Assembly: GCF_009914755.1 (NCBI RefSeq)
Contig: NC_060932.1
Source of the DNA: the human T2T-CHM13v2.0 reference genome, Homo sapiens
Reading direction: 5' to 3' (one strand)
DNA length: 64,000 nt
Shown: in pieces, positions 42,057 to 56,979 of the stretch
Numbering within the stretch: position 1 is the stretch's first letter
Layout of the letters: each line of letters opens with the position of its first letter
Position numbers and translations under genes: made by a program
Notes under the pieces: generated by a model
Told to the model about the DNA's origin: nothing
Database searches by the model: none
The model's input: only the letters and a program-made list of their open reading frames with translations

Positions 42057-42281
42057 TCACTCACCATCAGAGATGTAGGACTCCCTGCAGCTGGACACTG
42101 CCACAGCCTGTCAAGCCTCCTAAAGGCAGCTGAGTGCGCTGGAAAGCAGAATGGAAAATTACACTCACGGCCACCCCTTTTAAAGAAAGTTTATGAAACT
42201 GACCAGTATATGTTGTGGAAAAGTCTGGGCTCACAGAAGAGGAAAAACATAAACCTGGAAGCTGAAAGCAAGGAAAATTGA

Positions 42282-42657
<376 letters not shown>

Positions 42658-43486
42658 CAGCTCCCCTCTTTCTAAGACCCTCTTCTCTCCTGCTTTTCCC
42701 TTCCTTCCTGCTCTCTTGTATCAATTTGATTTCTCAGGGAGAGCCTTGGTTTATGGACTCAATTAGTTTTCAAGTGTTTGCTGATGAGCCAATCGCATCC
42801 TCCCTTCTTATGTCAGATTCTCTGCATCTCAGTGGCAGGAGAGATGAGCACAGCTGCTCAGATGCCCCTCCAGGAGCAGCCTCTGTGCACCCTGTTGGCT
42901 TTGGAGGGGCTAATAAACAGCATCCCTATTCCCCACTGGAGTTCTGAAACAGTTCAGAGGTAGACATGGGAACCTGGAGGTTAAAGGTGGAGAGAGCACC
43001 CTCAATACAGATGAAAAGCTCTATCGGAGGCCATGGCTTAGTTGTTACTCACCAGTGACAGCTGCAGTTGGAAAATGACAGGCTCCTCCTTGGAGACCAA
43101 CCCTGTCAGGCTTTCCTCATAACAGAGGACAAAAGAAATCTCGTCTTTACTAAAGGCAGGTAAAGCTAAGCTCCTTCTCCCAGACTCATCAATCAGGTCA
43201 AACACTCCTCGTCTGGAGAAGAGTGACACACGACACAGGAGCAGAGGGAGAGCGGAGTGTTCCTCTAGAAAGGATCCTCCACACAGAAGGAACCATGGAG
43301 AGTGGAACCAGATCATAAATATTTTAGGCTTTGCAAGCCAAAATCCCAAAATCAAGGCCATTATTTATGTAGTACTCATAAGAAAGGACATAAACTTCTA
43401 CAATTTTTAATTGGTATGTTTTTAAAATACGATAATAGTAACAATTTGGTATAATTTTGTACTACAGGTCTACTCATAAGAATAAA

Positions 43487-43602
43487 TTTTCAACTTTTGA
43501 TACAAATGTATATGGTACACGTGCAATTTTGTTACATGTATAGACTGCTTAGTGGTCAAGTCAGGACTGTTAGGGTACCCATCACTCAATTAATGTAGAT
43601 TA
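43487..43602 (-). mobile_element. Short L1PB/L1MA 3'-end fragment
   Basis: GGTACACGTGCAATTTTGTTACATGTATAGA...AGTGGTCAAGTCAGG...CCATCAC. Confidence 0.6.
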
Positions 43603-43746
43603 CAATGCTTGCTGACACCTCGTCTACCTTTGCTCCCTTCTAATGTTTCTCTACACTCAACAACACGAATATATTTGAAATACTTACCTGCTTAAAATAC
43701 TTCAAAGGATTCCCACTATCCTTAGGTCTGAGACTGACATCCTTAA

Positions 43747-44157
<411 letters not shown>

Positions 44158-44321
44158 TAGCGCTCACTCCATTTCACTTACACTAGACTTACTTATTCTT
44201 AGTCACCATGTTCTAACCTGCCTCAGGGCACTTGTACATACAGGTTCTTTTGCATGAAACACTATTCCCTCTCCTCTTGCTTATTTAATATTATCAGAGT
44301 TTAGATCTAAAGTACACTGTT

Positions 44322-44640
44322 GGCTGGGTGCAGTGGCCCATGCCTGTAATCTCAGCACTTTGGGAGGCCGAGGCAGGAGGACTGCTTGAGCCCATGAGTT
44401 CAAGACTAGCCTTGGCAACATGGCAAGACCCTGTTTCTACAAAAAAAAATAATAATAAAATAAATAAAAATTAGCTGGGCATGGTAGCACACGCCTGTGG
44501 TCCCAGCTACTCGGGAGGCTGAGGTGGAGGATCACCTGAGCCCAGGAGATTGAGGCTGCATGAACCATGATCGCACCACTGCACTCCAGCCTCAGTGACA
44601 GAGTGAGACCCTGTCTCAAAAAAAAAAAGAAAAGAGAAAG
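44322..44640 (+). mobile_element. AluJ
   Basis: Full dimer with AluJ-type GGAGGACTGCTTGAGCCC and GAGGCTGCA. Confidence 0.93.
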
Positions 44641-44879
44641 AAAATAAATGGTCAGTTCTTTAGAGAATACTTCCCTTATGTCTCTTTGTCAACCACACAC
44701 ACAACCATATACATTGCTTGCTTTCATAATACGAGTGTCTTATTTACATTATCATACTACAATTGAAATTGTAAGGTGGCTCTAGAAGTCATTTAGAACT
44801 GAGCATGATCATTTCTTCTCAAAACTCTCTCCAGGTCTCACTATCCTGTGATTTGAAGTCTAAACACTTTAGGCTGGAA

Positions 44880-45690
44880 TGACATAGTCTGCTAACTTTT
44901 CCCCAATATCCACTCTCTCCTTACTTTTTTTTAATACAACCCTTGCCCTCCCCCACACACACCTACGTTTTAACTGGGCACAAGGTTTTTCAGCTACAGT
45001 CTACATTTTCTATGTTTCCATATGACTACTTTCTAGCTAATGAGACGTGAGGAAAAATACTGTGGGCAATGTCTAGATCATCTTCTTAAAAGAAAATTGC
45101 TTGCCCTCTATGTCTTTTTTTTTTTTTTTTTTTGAAACAGGAACTGGGTCTTGCTCTGTCGCCCAGGCTGGAGTGCAGTAGCATGATCATAGTTCACTGC
45201 AGCCTCAAATTCCTGGACTCAAGAGATCCTCCCACCTCCCAAGGTGAAGGGACTACAGTCTCAGCCTCCCGAGTGGCTGGGACTACAGGCACGAGCCATC
45301 ACACCCAGCTAATTTTTTATACATAATATTTGTAGAGACAGGGTCTCACTATGTTTCCCAGACTGGTTTCAAACTCCTGACCTCAAGCAATCCTCCCTCC
45401 TCGGCCTCCCAAAGTGCTGGGATTACAGGTACGAGCTACCATGCTCGGCCTATGTCCTCTTTCTTCCTTTCCATGCACTAGAAGAGAGATGGGGTAGGAA
45501 TGAACCAGATTCAACCATGCAGAAGATATCTCAGGGGACAGAAGCACAATAAAATGAAGGCACGTGGGACTCTGGATACCTCTGTGAAGCAGAACAAATC
45601 ACCTCCCTGGGTCACCTACCAGCTTGGACATTTACAGGACTTAGAACTAAATCTTCTACCTTGATTTCTATTAAAGTGACCAAACCGATG
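44880..45690 (+). mobile_element. LTR33-like ERVL LTR, split by an AluJ
   Basis: CTGCTAAC...CCCCAATATCCACTCTC...ACTGGGCACA...CTACATTT motifs. Confidence 0.6.
45115..45450 (-). mobile_element. AluJ with small internal duplication
   Basis: Reverse dimer; CCTCCC...GGGACTACAG occurs twice (about 45235-45290); flanking CTATGTC duplication. Confidence 0.9.
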
Positions 45691-46065
45691 TACTAATACC
45701 AGTACTCAAGGATCTGTGAGTTCTGCTCCTAGTCATCCTACTTCCCCTTCCAGTCCTGCAGGAACCCACAGTCATGCTCCTGAACTTGCCACCTGCATCC
45801 TTGCTCTGGCCTTTGACAAGTTGGTTCTGGAAACATCCTCCTATCCTCCTCACCTATTTTTCATCTGTCCAAGTTTACACATCCATTGACATCCAACTCA
45901 CACTCATTTCACTAATTTAACAAACTCTTTAATATTAAGCACCTACTATGTGTCCAACACTGAATGATTTCTGCCTATAATCTAAGGGCAGCTATTTCTA
46001 AATGTCAGCTGTTACATGCAACTCACCTGCCTCTCTAGTGTCAGGTGTCCATTTGGACTCCCTGC

Positions 46066-46947
46066 TGTGGGCTCTACCCACCAGATTATATCCCTGGGCA
46101 CCAACTCTATCCAAATCATTGCTGAAAGCATTTCCCGTGTAATAAAGAACTTGGCCTCTGTCTCCAGGTCCTGGAAGGCAGTGTCTAAATCCTTAAAATT
46201 TCCCAAATGATAAGAGTGTCTTTGTTATTCATGGTGGGTCCCCTGATAGTTGTTTAGGCTAATGAGGTGACTCATGGTGGACCGTGACTCATGGTGGACC
46301 CCCTAGATAGTTTATAATAGAGAGATAACTCAGGATCGGGACTAGCCATACCAGAAAGAACAATGACGCGATCAGAGGTTTGGTGCTTTGAGCCACACGG
46401 TATCAGCCCAGCCTTTAGGAAGAAAAGGAAGGCTGAAGATTGAGTTCAATCATATAGCCAATGATTCAATCAATCCTGTCTACATAATGAAACCTTAATA
46501 AAAACTCAGAACACCAAGATCAGGTGAGTTCCCTGGTGGTGATACTCTGTCACACTACAGAGTGTCTGTTGTACTGAAAGGTACTGTTGTATCTGGTGTA
46601 CTGAAAGGAAAATACTTCCTGACTCCACAGGGAGAGGACACAGAAGCTTTTCTCAGAACTCACCTATGTCTATCTTCTCTGGGCTGGTTCTAAATTGTAT
46701 TCTTTTTGCTATAACAAAACCCACAGTCATAACTGTGCAATTTCCTGAGTTCTATAAGTCCTTCTAGCAAATTACCAAAACTGAGGGGTATAAGCTTCCA
46801 AATTTGTAGCCAGTTTGTCAGATGTAAATGCAGCCTAGAGACCTCCAGATTTGCAGCCAGTATCTGAAGTGAGAGTAGTCTTATGGAGGGCTGAGCCTTT
46901 AATCTGTAGTTTGGCTTAACTCTGCGTAGTGTCAGAAGTCATGGCAG
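46066..46947 (+). mobile_element. ERVL LTR, MER21C-like
   Basis: TGTAATAAAGAACTTGGC...TCTTTGTTATTCATGGTGGG...GCCAATGATTCAATCAATC...TAATGAAACC...TTTGTAGCCAG match my recall of MER21C; ends approximate. Confidence 0.8.
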
Positions 46948-46994
46948 TGTTCTTCCTGCTGGGGCTGAGTATCTGGATTACCTAATTATGTGCT

Positions 46995-47374
46995 TCATTC
47001 ATTTAATCATCTAGCAAAACTATATTGAGCATCAACAATGTGCTAGGTACTGAATTCAGGGTTGGATAAAACATAGATGAGATAATTCTAATCCCTGCCC
47101 TCAAACAGTTTGAAATCTTGTACAAAAGGAAATTACAACAGTATGGTAAATATTCACAGAATTGTGTGTGAAGTTTGCCACAATCAAAGGGAGGATCAAC
47201 TACAAGGTGTGGGGAGAGGGCACTCCAGGGGACTTCCCAAAGGAGGCCGCCTCTGAGCTGGCTTTTGAAAGATGAATAAGCATTTGCCTCATGGGCAAAG
47301 AGAAAGGGCATTGTATTTAGCAGGGATTGCATGTGCAAAGGCACAGCGGTGTGAAAAGGTGCACTGTATTCAGG
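46995..47374 (-). mobile_element. L2 3' end
   Basis: TTCATTCATTTAATC...TATTGAGCATC...TGTGCTAGGTACTG...CCCTGCCCTCA...GCATGTGCAAAGGCACAG; appears to resume after the MER44 element. Confidence 0.7.
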
Positions 47375-47376
47375 TA

Positions 47377-47915
47377 CAGTCATCTGTCCTTATCCTTGGA
47401 GGACATATCCCAAGACTCCCAATGGATGCCTGAAACCACAGATAGGACCAACCCCTGTATATACTGTGTTTCTTCCTATACATACATACATACATACATA
47501 CATGCCTACGATAAAGTTTAATTTATAACTTAGGCACAATAACAGATTAACATCAACAACTAATAATAAAATAGAACAATTATAGCAATATTGCCAACAT
47601 CACTGCTCTTGTGCTTTGGGGCCATTATTAAGTAAACTAAGGGTCACTTGAACACAAACACTGTGGTACCATCACAGTGAATCTGATAACCAAGCTGGCT
47701 GCTAAGTGACTAACAGTCAGGGAGCGTGTCCACAGCATGGGTATGCTGGACAAAGGGAGGATTCACATCTCAGGAAGGACAGTGAGAGGTTTCATCACGC
47801 TATTCAGAACAGTGTGCAATTTAAAACTTATGAATTGCTTATTTCTGGAATTTTCCATTTAATATTTTTGGACTACTGTTGAGGAGAGTGAACCTGTGGA
47901 TAAGGGGGACTACTG
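47377..47915. mobile_element. TcMar-Tigger MITE, MER44B-like
   Basis: Inverted termini CAGTCATCTGTCCTTATCC / GGATAAGGGGGACTACTG, TA dinucleotide on both sides, internal (CATA)n. Confidence 0.85.
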
Positions 47916-48267
47916 TACCTTTAAGTTTATTCATATTTTTGGAACACAGTGTGGGAATGAGAAGTAGGGAGTAGAAGAAGATAGGTCTGGGGAGTAGGAA
48001 GAGGCCTTGTTTTCCATGCTGAGCAGCTTGAACTTTGTTCTAGAAGTTTCTCAAAGTGATGCCTAGAGTCCAACTGGAAATAAATAAAGTTTAACAAGCA
48101 AGCCTTTTTGAGAATGACAGCAGTGGATAATAAGAAACCTGCACAGACTTGCATTTTGAAAGACCACTCAAGACTTGCAGTGTCTGGAAAAAAACAGCTA
48201 GGTTGCTCAGATCAATCTTCCAGCTGAAATCAAAGAAAAATGAAATGTTGTAGAAACAACAACTTAA

Positions 48268-48392
48268 GGCCAGGTGTGGTGGCTTATACCTATAATCCCA
48301 GCACTTTGGGAGGCCAAGGAAGGGAGGATTGTTTGAGGCCAGGAGTTCAAGACCAGCCTGGATGACATAGCAAGACCCCATCTCTACCAGAA
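48268..48392 (+). mobile_element. FLAM_C-like monomer
   Basis: GGCCAGGTGTGGTGGC...GAGGCCAGGAGTTCAAGACCAGCC...GACCCCATCTCTAC. Confidence 0.88.
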
Positions 48393-48638
48393 ACCAGTAA
48401 GGGGGCAACTCAAAAATACTGAAGAGCAGAAAAGATAAGAGGAACTTCCCAGGCTAATTTTTGGATGAAAACCCATAACCAGAAAGGTAAGCCAAATCCC
48501 TCAGATCATAAGCCTCACTTTCTGAGGCTCTAGGGCAAAATTATTTCCTATTCTGTCAATTGCATTTTGGTAAATTTCCAAGTGGTGAGCTGCCCTTTTA
48601 CGGAGCATACCTGGTAATAACTACTTTTTCTTCCTCAG

Positions 48639-48813
48639 AGAGGCTGTGATTCCTGGAATGTTTAATGTGGTGGTTGATTGGACTTATGCCTTTGGTCAGC
48701 AGCTCAAAGAATGCTACAATTCACTCTTCTACAAAGCAGACATCCAGCCTTGATACCCAACCCAGAACTCTGAAAGAATGAAAATTTGCCATCTCTAGCA
48801 GGTGGAATTATCA
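48639..48813 (+). ncRNA. Candidate non-coding exon
   Basis: TAATAACTACTTTTTCTTCCTCAG| acceptor and TCA|GTAGGT donor in unique sequence; no long plus-strand ORF; no transcript evidence. Confidence 0.4.
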
Positions 48814-49101
48814 GTAGGTACTTTATTAATGCCCAGTAGCTCAATTTCATAATGTTTCCCTTTTTTTATTAAGAACTAACATCCTTTTGTTGGTCCATAT
48901 CACCAGCATGCTGTGTCTGGGGTGTTGCACTGTTAACAGAAATCAACAATCCTCCTCACAGCTCCATAAAGATAAGTGGGTGAGAGATTGTATGGCACCT
49001 GTAGGGCTGGGAAATTTTATCTGAAATTCCCATAAGCAAAACTGCAGTAAAGACCTCTTTGCCCTTTGTTAATTGAAAATAAACTACTCCTTTTTTTGGA
49101 G

Positions 49102-49397
49102 GAGGCCTCTGAAAGCTGCCATGGAAACAAGCTCACTAAAGGCTTCAGCAACTGCTCAGATATTTAATTTCACCCACAGTGAATGTAATCCAGGCAAGAA
49201 GTGCTCACAATATGAAAACATTGATTAGCAGGGGACTGCATGTGTACCTTGCTGGGTACAGGCCCCACTTTCTTTCTCTTTGAGGACGCTGAGCTTGAAC
49301 ATCCAAGGGGAAAGACATCCAAAAAGCATCGCCACAAACCAGCTGTGAAGCTGACCAAGAAGATCATGGGTTCTGCCCGCAGGGAGGAAAACACAGG
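49102..49397 (+). ncRNA. Candidate non-coding exon
   Basis: CTCCTTTTTTTGGAG|GAG tandem acceptor (weak) and AGG|GTAAAT donor; no transcript evidence. Confidence 0.3.
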
Positions 49398-49769
49398 GTA
49401 AATTACTGGAGAAGTCAGCTTCTTCTGCCCCTCAGAGAAATGAGGAAGCTCAAGTCAGGATCGGGAGACTAGAAGACTCCAGAAAAAAAAAAAAAAAAAA
49501 GGCTTATCTCTGATTCACCCTCTGCTGCAGTAACCAAGCCTTCTATCAGTGGCTGAGATTTCAGAGTCATTTTCCCAGAACAAAAAAATGATATTTCCAA
49601 ATCAAAGAGAGGACAAAGGACAGGATTAATAAAAGGGGGTTGGCGACCTCTTTGAAAAGGAAGGCAGAGCTCGGCATCTTTTATATTCTCCCAGTTGTCC
49701 AGACTCCCACCCCCAAGCCATGTCGTCATAGCATTCCAAGCGGGAAGAAAAATGAGCAACTGTCAGTCT

Positions 49770-50850
49770 ACCATTTTTACATTCTAGAGGAGGAACTGAG
49801 ATCCAGCAATGTAGATGAGTGATGTGGCCAAAGCAGTGACAAAACCAGACCCAGAACCCAGGCCCTCTGAGTTCACCCCCTGCACTGACCGTTCACTCAC
49901 TGACCCTTCCTTGCCTCAATTTTTCAGCAGCCATCAATCAGCAAGTTCTACTGAGTCTCATTTTCCCATTTACTTTCTTGCCAGTGCTACTACACAAGCA
50001 CAAGCCCTTATCATCTTGACCCAAGACAAAAGGAGAATAAGGTCAGGGTTCTGTGCTAAGCCCTTGGCAAACATGCCTTTAAATCCTTACCACAACCTAA
50101 GAGGTGAGTAATAATTCCTCTTTTGTAGATGAAGAAACAGGAGCTTGGAGACTGAGAGAGGCTACACAATGACAAGTGACAGAAGCTGGACTCAGACCCC
50201 TCATTCCTCTGAGCCCAGGTCCATGCTAATAACCCATCACTCTATTGCCTCAGGAGACTATGTCCATGGCCTCCTAGTTGTGTTCATTCCCTTCCCATTT
50301 TAAACTATCTTGTACCCTGAAGCCAGATTGATCTTCTTTAAATTTCCCTTTAATCATGTCACTACCTTCCTCAAAAGCCCTGCCCCTTGTCTTGCGCTTT
50401 GATGTGGTCCTACTGACAAGTTCAGCTCTGCCCTCCAAGCTCACACACTGTCCTGTGGATGTTCTCACATGCCTCTTTCCCTCCCCTAGAATGTTTTCCC
50501 CTGCCTTTTCCTTCACCCTCAAAGCCCCAGTAATGGCTTCTTTATTTCCTCAATACTAACTGAATGCCTACTAACTCTTCTACAATATTTATTGCTAAGA
50601 GGCAGTATTGCTCAGTGGGCAAGGCACAGACTCCGGAACAATTTGCCTGATTTGAATCCTGATTCCACCACTTATTAACCACGCGACCTCAGGCAAGTTT
50701 CTCAACCTGTCCATGCTTCAACTTCCCAAAACATAAAATGATGATATTTACGGCTCCTATTTACAAGGTTCTTGGAAGGATTAAATTAGTTAATACATAT
50801 AACACTTTTGGAATTGTGCAAGGAGCAGACTAATAGCTCCAAAACCATGA
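49770..50850. mobile_element. Cluster of MIR and L2 fragments
   Basis: Minus MIR cores (GAGGAACTGAG; TTTTGTAGATGAAGAAACAG), L2-like CCAGATTGATCTT...TCATGTCACT, plus MIR at 50600-50850 (TTTGAATCCTG...GGCAAGTTTCTCAACC). Confidence 0.65.
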
Positions 50851-50931
50851 GCTAGTCCTAGCAGTAGTGGTAGGTACCAAGCACTGGCCTCATTGCTGGG
50901 ATCCAGAGATGAGTAAATCACAATCAGTCCC

Positions 50932-51162
<231 letters not shown>

Positions 51163-51679
51163 TCACAATCAGTCCCTTTCCCAGACATCTAGTGAGCAAA
51201 GTGGACATGTCAACCGATAATCATAGCCCAGTGCCCTAGGTGCTGTAATAAAGGCAGGTACAGAGGGCTGCGGGGAACAGAAGAGATATTAAGTGTCTGG
51301 AGTAGGGTAAGATTTCAGAAAAGAAAAAAAAGTTTCATCTCAAAATTAAAGAATAATTGGAGTTCTTCCTAGTGCCCCTGCATGCACATGTCGCTATCAT
51401 CCAGAGATATCATCCAGAGGTTGCCAGGAGCCCCAGTGGCTGGAACATAGCATTTGTGGGGCTGGCAGTGAAGCTGGCAAGGCAAGCAGGCGCCTGATCT
51501 CACAAAAAACCTTGTGCCTTTCAGAGAAGGTTGTCCCTGAGACTGTAAGCAGAGGAAAGCCCACCCCAGACCATCACGATCTCAGCCTCTTCTGGCCTCA
51601 TCTAGAGTACTAATTGCATATTTTACTAATGCCACACTTATTTGCTATCTTATATTATTATTTCTGAAAATCTTGACTA

Positions 51680-52310
51680 TACCAACCCACCAGCAGCGCC
51701 TCTCTGAGGCTTCTTATCCCAGGTTGACATATTTCGTACCAGGTAACTCTGCTACCTTGGTCACAGGTGATTGGACCAGGGATTAGCATCTGACCTAAGG
51801 GCAGCTACCCTATGGTTGGCCAGTGCCCTACAGGAGGTGGCCCAGAACAAAGCCCAGCTCATTGGTGCCATTCTATCCTGCACGCTGACTGCCTAGACAG
51901 AGTACCTCTCTCAGGGAATTTCAAATGTGAGACACAGAAAGGAAAACAGACACAGGGGCAACAGACGTGGAAAAACTCACTTGGAAGAAAGCAGTAAGCA
52001 GAAGACGTGACAAGCTGAGCCTAGAGGTAGAGAACAGAGTGAGTCAGTCATGTCAGAACAGCGACATGGACAGAAGCTGCTAAGACTCAGTGAGACAGAA
52101 CACTGGCCGAGGGATCCCAGAACGAGATAAACCACGGTATATGGTTTATCTCATATGAGGCCACTGAACTGTGGCCTCATTCCCAAAGATCATTCCTATC
52201 ATTCCTGTTTTTTGTGAGTTCGGGCAGTGTCACTGACTAAGACAATTTTCTGTTTCTCATGATTTCATGAGCATCCTCGTAATAAACCCCAAAACACCCT
52301 GAGCACATTG
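51680..52310 (+). mobile_element. Ancient LTR-like fragment, family uncertain
   Basis: GGTCACAGGTGATTGG...CATCTGACC...CTCTCTCAGGGAATTT...AATAAACCCC motifs seen in old ERVL-class LTRs. Confidence 0.4.
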
Positions 52311-52356
52311 CTTCTCCTTGCCACATGTCCTTTCTGCTCGATTAAAAAGTGTGTTC

Positions 52357-52776
52357 TGTCATGGGGGAATGATGGCCGGTGGTGTGAGGGTGAAAGAATT
52401 TACCAAGACAGTTGTAGGTAAAGGAAGGCAGATTTATTTGAGAAAGTAGGAAAATACGTGGCCAGAGAGACAACGGGCAAGTCCGCAGAAGCTGACTGTG
52501 AAGAAACAAAGGCTGGCTGGAGAGTGTATGGGATGGTGTGTACGCTGTCTGTTGAAGGAGGCTTTGTGCAGCACTGGTAACGCCAAGGTTGGGCTGCAGG
52601 GAGCTGACTTGCAGGTGTCTGGTGAGGGTTGGGCACAGGAAAATTGTGAGTTACTTTCACAGGAGGGCTGTGTGTCCTGGACCATGCAGAAAGGTGGACT
52701 TGTTGCTCACTTCCTTTCTCTTTTTGCTTTCCCTTCATTCCACCAGCCTGGCTCCCTTTTCCCCATGGAACGCCCA
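52357..52776 (-). mobile_element. ERVL solo LTR, LTR47-like
   Basis: GAATTTACCAAGACAGTTGTAGGTAAAG...GATTTATT; TG...CA termini with 5-bp TSD TGTTC at 52352-52356 and 52777-52781. Confidence 0.85.
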
Positions 52777-53334
52777 TGTTCCATGAGGGCTTTCTTATGG
52801 AACAGAGAAACAGCCCATGCGTTAGCAGAAAAGCAAGACCCAGAAGGGCTGATTCTGAGCGATGTCCAGGATTTTCGTGGGAGAGGATGGAGGCAACTTT
52901 AGGGGGAGTGGGGAGACATGAGGCAAGAGAATTGCAGAGGAAGCAAATCTTACAGGGATCTGGGCTTTCTCCTGAGGTTCTGGGGCCCGTTTAAGGGATT
53001 AGGAATGAAAAAATATGATCAGGTTTGGGATTGCTGGATAAAATGTTGCCGCTTCATACAATACACACTGTTATCTCCAATACACATGAGTGTCTCCATG
53101 GAAGTAAACATAAGGTATTTGGGGTCTCAGAGCAACTCTCTTCTGTGAAAATGTCTGATTCCTACATGACCAGGAAGGAAATCCATCTCTCCAGGAATAT
53201 TCACCCAGCCAAAAATGTAAAGCAGAGAAAAAGAAATTTAGACACATCACACATCTAGTGCCTAGATAAAGGACCTCCCCCAACCCCATCCCCCGCAACC
53301 CCTGGAAGAACAACATCAACAGTGATTTTCTTAA

Positions 53335-53680
<346 letters not shown>

Positions 53681-54663
53681 GCTGATGGGGGCTTTTTAAA
53701 GACATGTGTAATAGCACACAAATTTCTCTCTCAGGAAAAACAATCTCTAAAGAAAAATTTAATGGAAAATTCACACCATGAGTATCTTACCTACCTTACC
53801 TTGGCCCGAGTTTCACAAATACTTGCTTCTACCCCACACAGCCAGGCACTGAGAAGTGTACAGAAAGACTCCAACTGCCCGAGATTCCCAGAGAAGCAGA
53901 ACACACAGAGCCACGACGAGAACTCAGGATGGAATAAACTTCCAGGTCCATGTGAGCTTCCAGGACCCAGCCCACATCTGCCAACCCACCGTGTCCTCTG
54001 CTTCATGTTTACCCTGCATCCTTTTCACTGATGCCTTCAAATATCCGTGTGTGCACGGGAACAGTGGTTATGCTGCCAATTTAAAGAACCAAGGCTTCAG
54101 AGGAAAGGAAACTCATGCGTGCCCCCACCACCGACTCCCCGGTTCCTGCTGGTTATTTGTAAAAGTTATTCACAGGAGGAAGAGAAAGAGCCTTCGTGTG
54201 TGATTCCCTGCTCACATCACGGTGGGGTGAACCAAGGTTCTCTGTGCAGCTTCCTCCACCATCTGTTCGCACTGCCTTCTATCGGAGACTTGGCAGGGAA
54301 ACACTCACTGTTTTTCATCCCAACTCAAAGACAGTGAGATTTTTCATACCTGCACAGGAACCATGCAAGTTGTGATTGAAAAGAGCATCATGGGATGCAA
54401 ACAGAAAGAAAAGCGGTGAAGGCGCCAAGCTGCGGATTCTAACAGCTTCCAGAACGCTTGGCCATAAGTGGCCGTCAGACTGCGGAGTTCCATTTCCTTC
54501 TTTTCTTTACAGGTTAAACTCTGTCAAATTTGATCCAACTCCAACCCAAACTTCTGTTGAATGAAATGATTGTTTTCTAAGCTCCAGCTGGTAGCGATCT
54601 CATTTTGAGACATATTCAGTATAACTGAACCGCAGTGTAACATAAGGGGGTGCCTTGGCCTGA

Positions 54664-55224
<561 letters not shown>

Positions 55225-55797
55225 TAGAGAGAAGCTACAAACTCAAAACCAGGTAATGTTGAAAATGTTACCAAACGGGACCACACAGCACTGACTCATC
55301 AGAACAGACACTAGCGGTTGAACTGCAGCAAGGTCTAGAAGGTTTCCTGCTCTACCACTAACCAGTGGGTTGTGGGGAGGTCTGGGGGAAGCAGGCACCA
55401 GGCAGGGAGATGAGAAAGCCCTCAGAAGGCTCATGGCCATGGCTAAATACTACGCAGTACAGAAGTATTTCTATATTTTAACAATCAATATAGCTGTACA
55501 GAGTGTACCAAATTGAGAACAAGAAAAACAGGTCCTAACATCCCAGAAATGGCCTGGTTCTGTCAGCCAGGACTTGGTGCTGCTAGGAGCTGGTGTTGGC
55601 ACTCATAGTCTTGTTGAACACAGACAATTTCACAGAACCCCAATATCACGCCAGTCCACTCCACAACTGTAATGAATCAAAGCAAAAACAAGAACACTCC
55701 ATAAACATGCCTGAGCATGGACAAAAATATAAACATTGTTCAACGCACAAAAATGACCGGACATCCCCCTGTTGTGCTAATGAGTGACAGCTGCTGC

Positions 55798-56116
<319 letters not shown>

Positions 56117-56264
56117 AGACAGCTGCTTCTTTACCAATCAGAGCTCTGGCCTGATTCCTTACTCCTACCTTATAGAGGCCTGTTTAAGATACCCAACAAT
56201 AAAATCCCCCTGCTTCCTGAAAGCATCCAGGTCTTAAACGCATCTAATCCTGATTTTCCTTTTT

Positions 56265-56979
<715 letters not shown>

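Noticed and set aside
43681-43690. Perfect minus-strand donor CAG|GTAAGT
   Set aside because: No convincing partner acceptor; isolated matches are expected by chance in 64 kb.
48639-49397. Assigning a named lncRNA or gene symbol
   Set aside because: I could not match the sequence to a specific gene with confidence without a database search.
53800-54650. CpG island
   Set aside because: CpG density and GC content look too low for a formal island; reported as CpG-enriched only.
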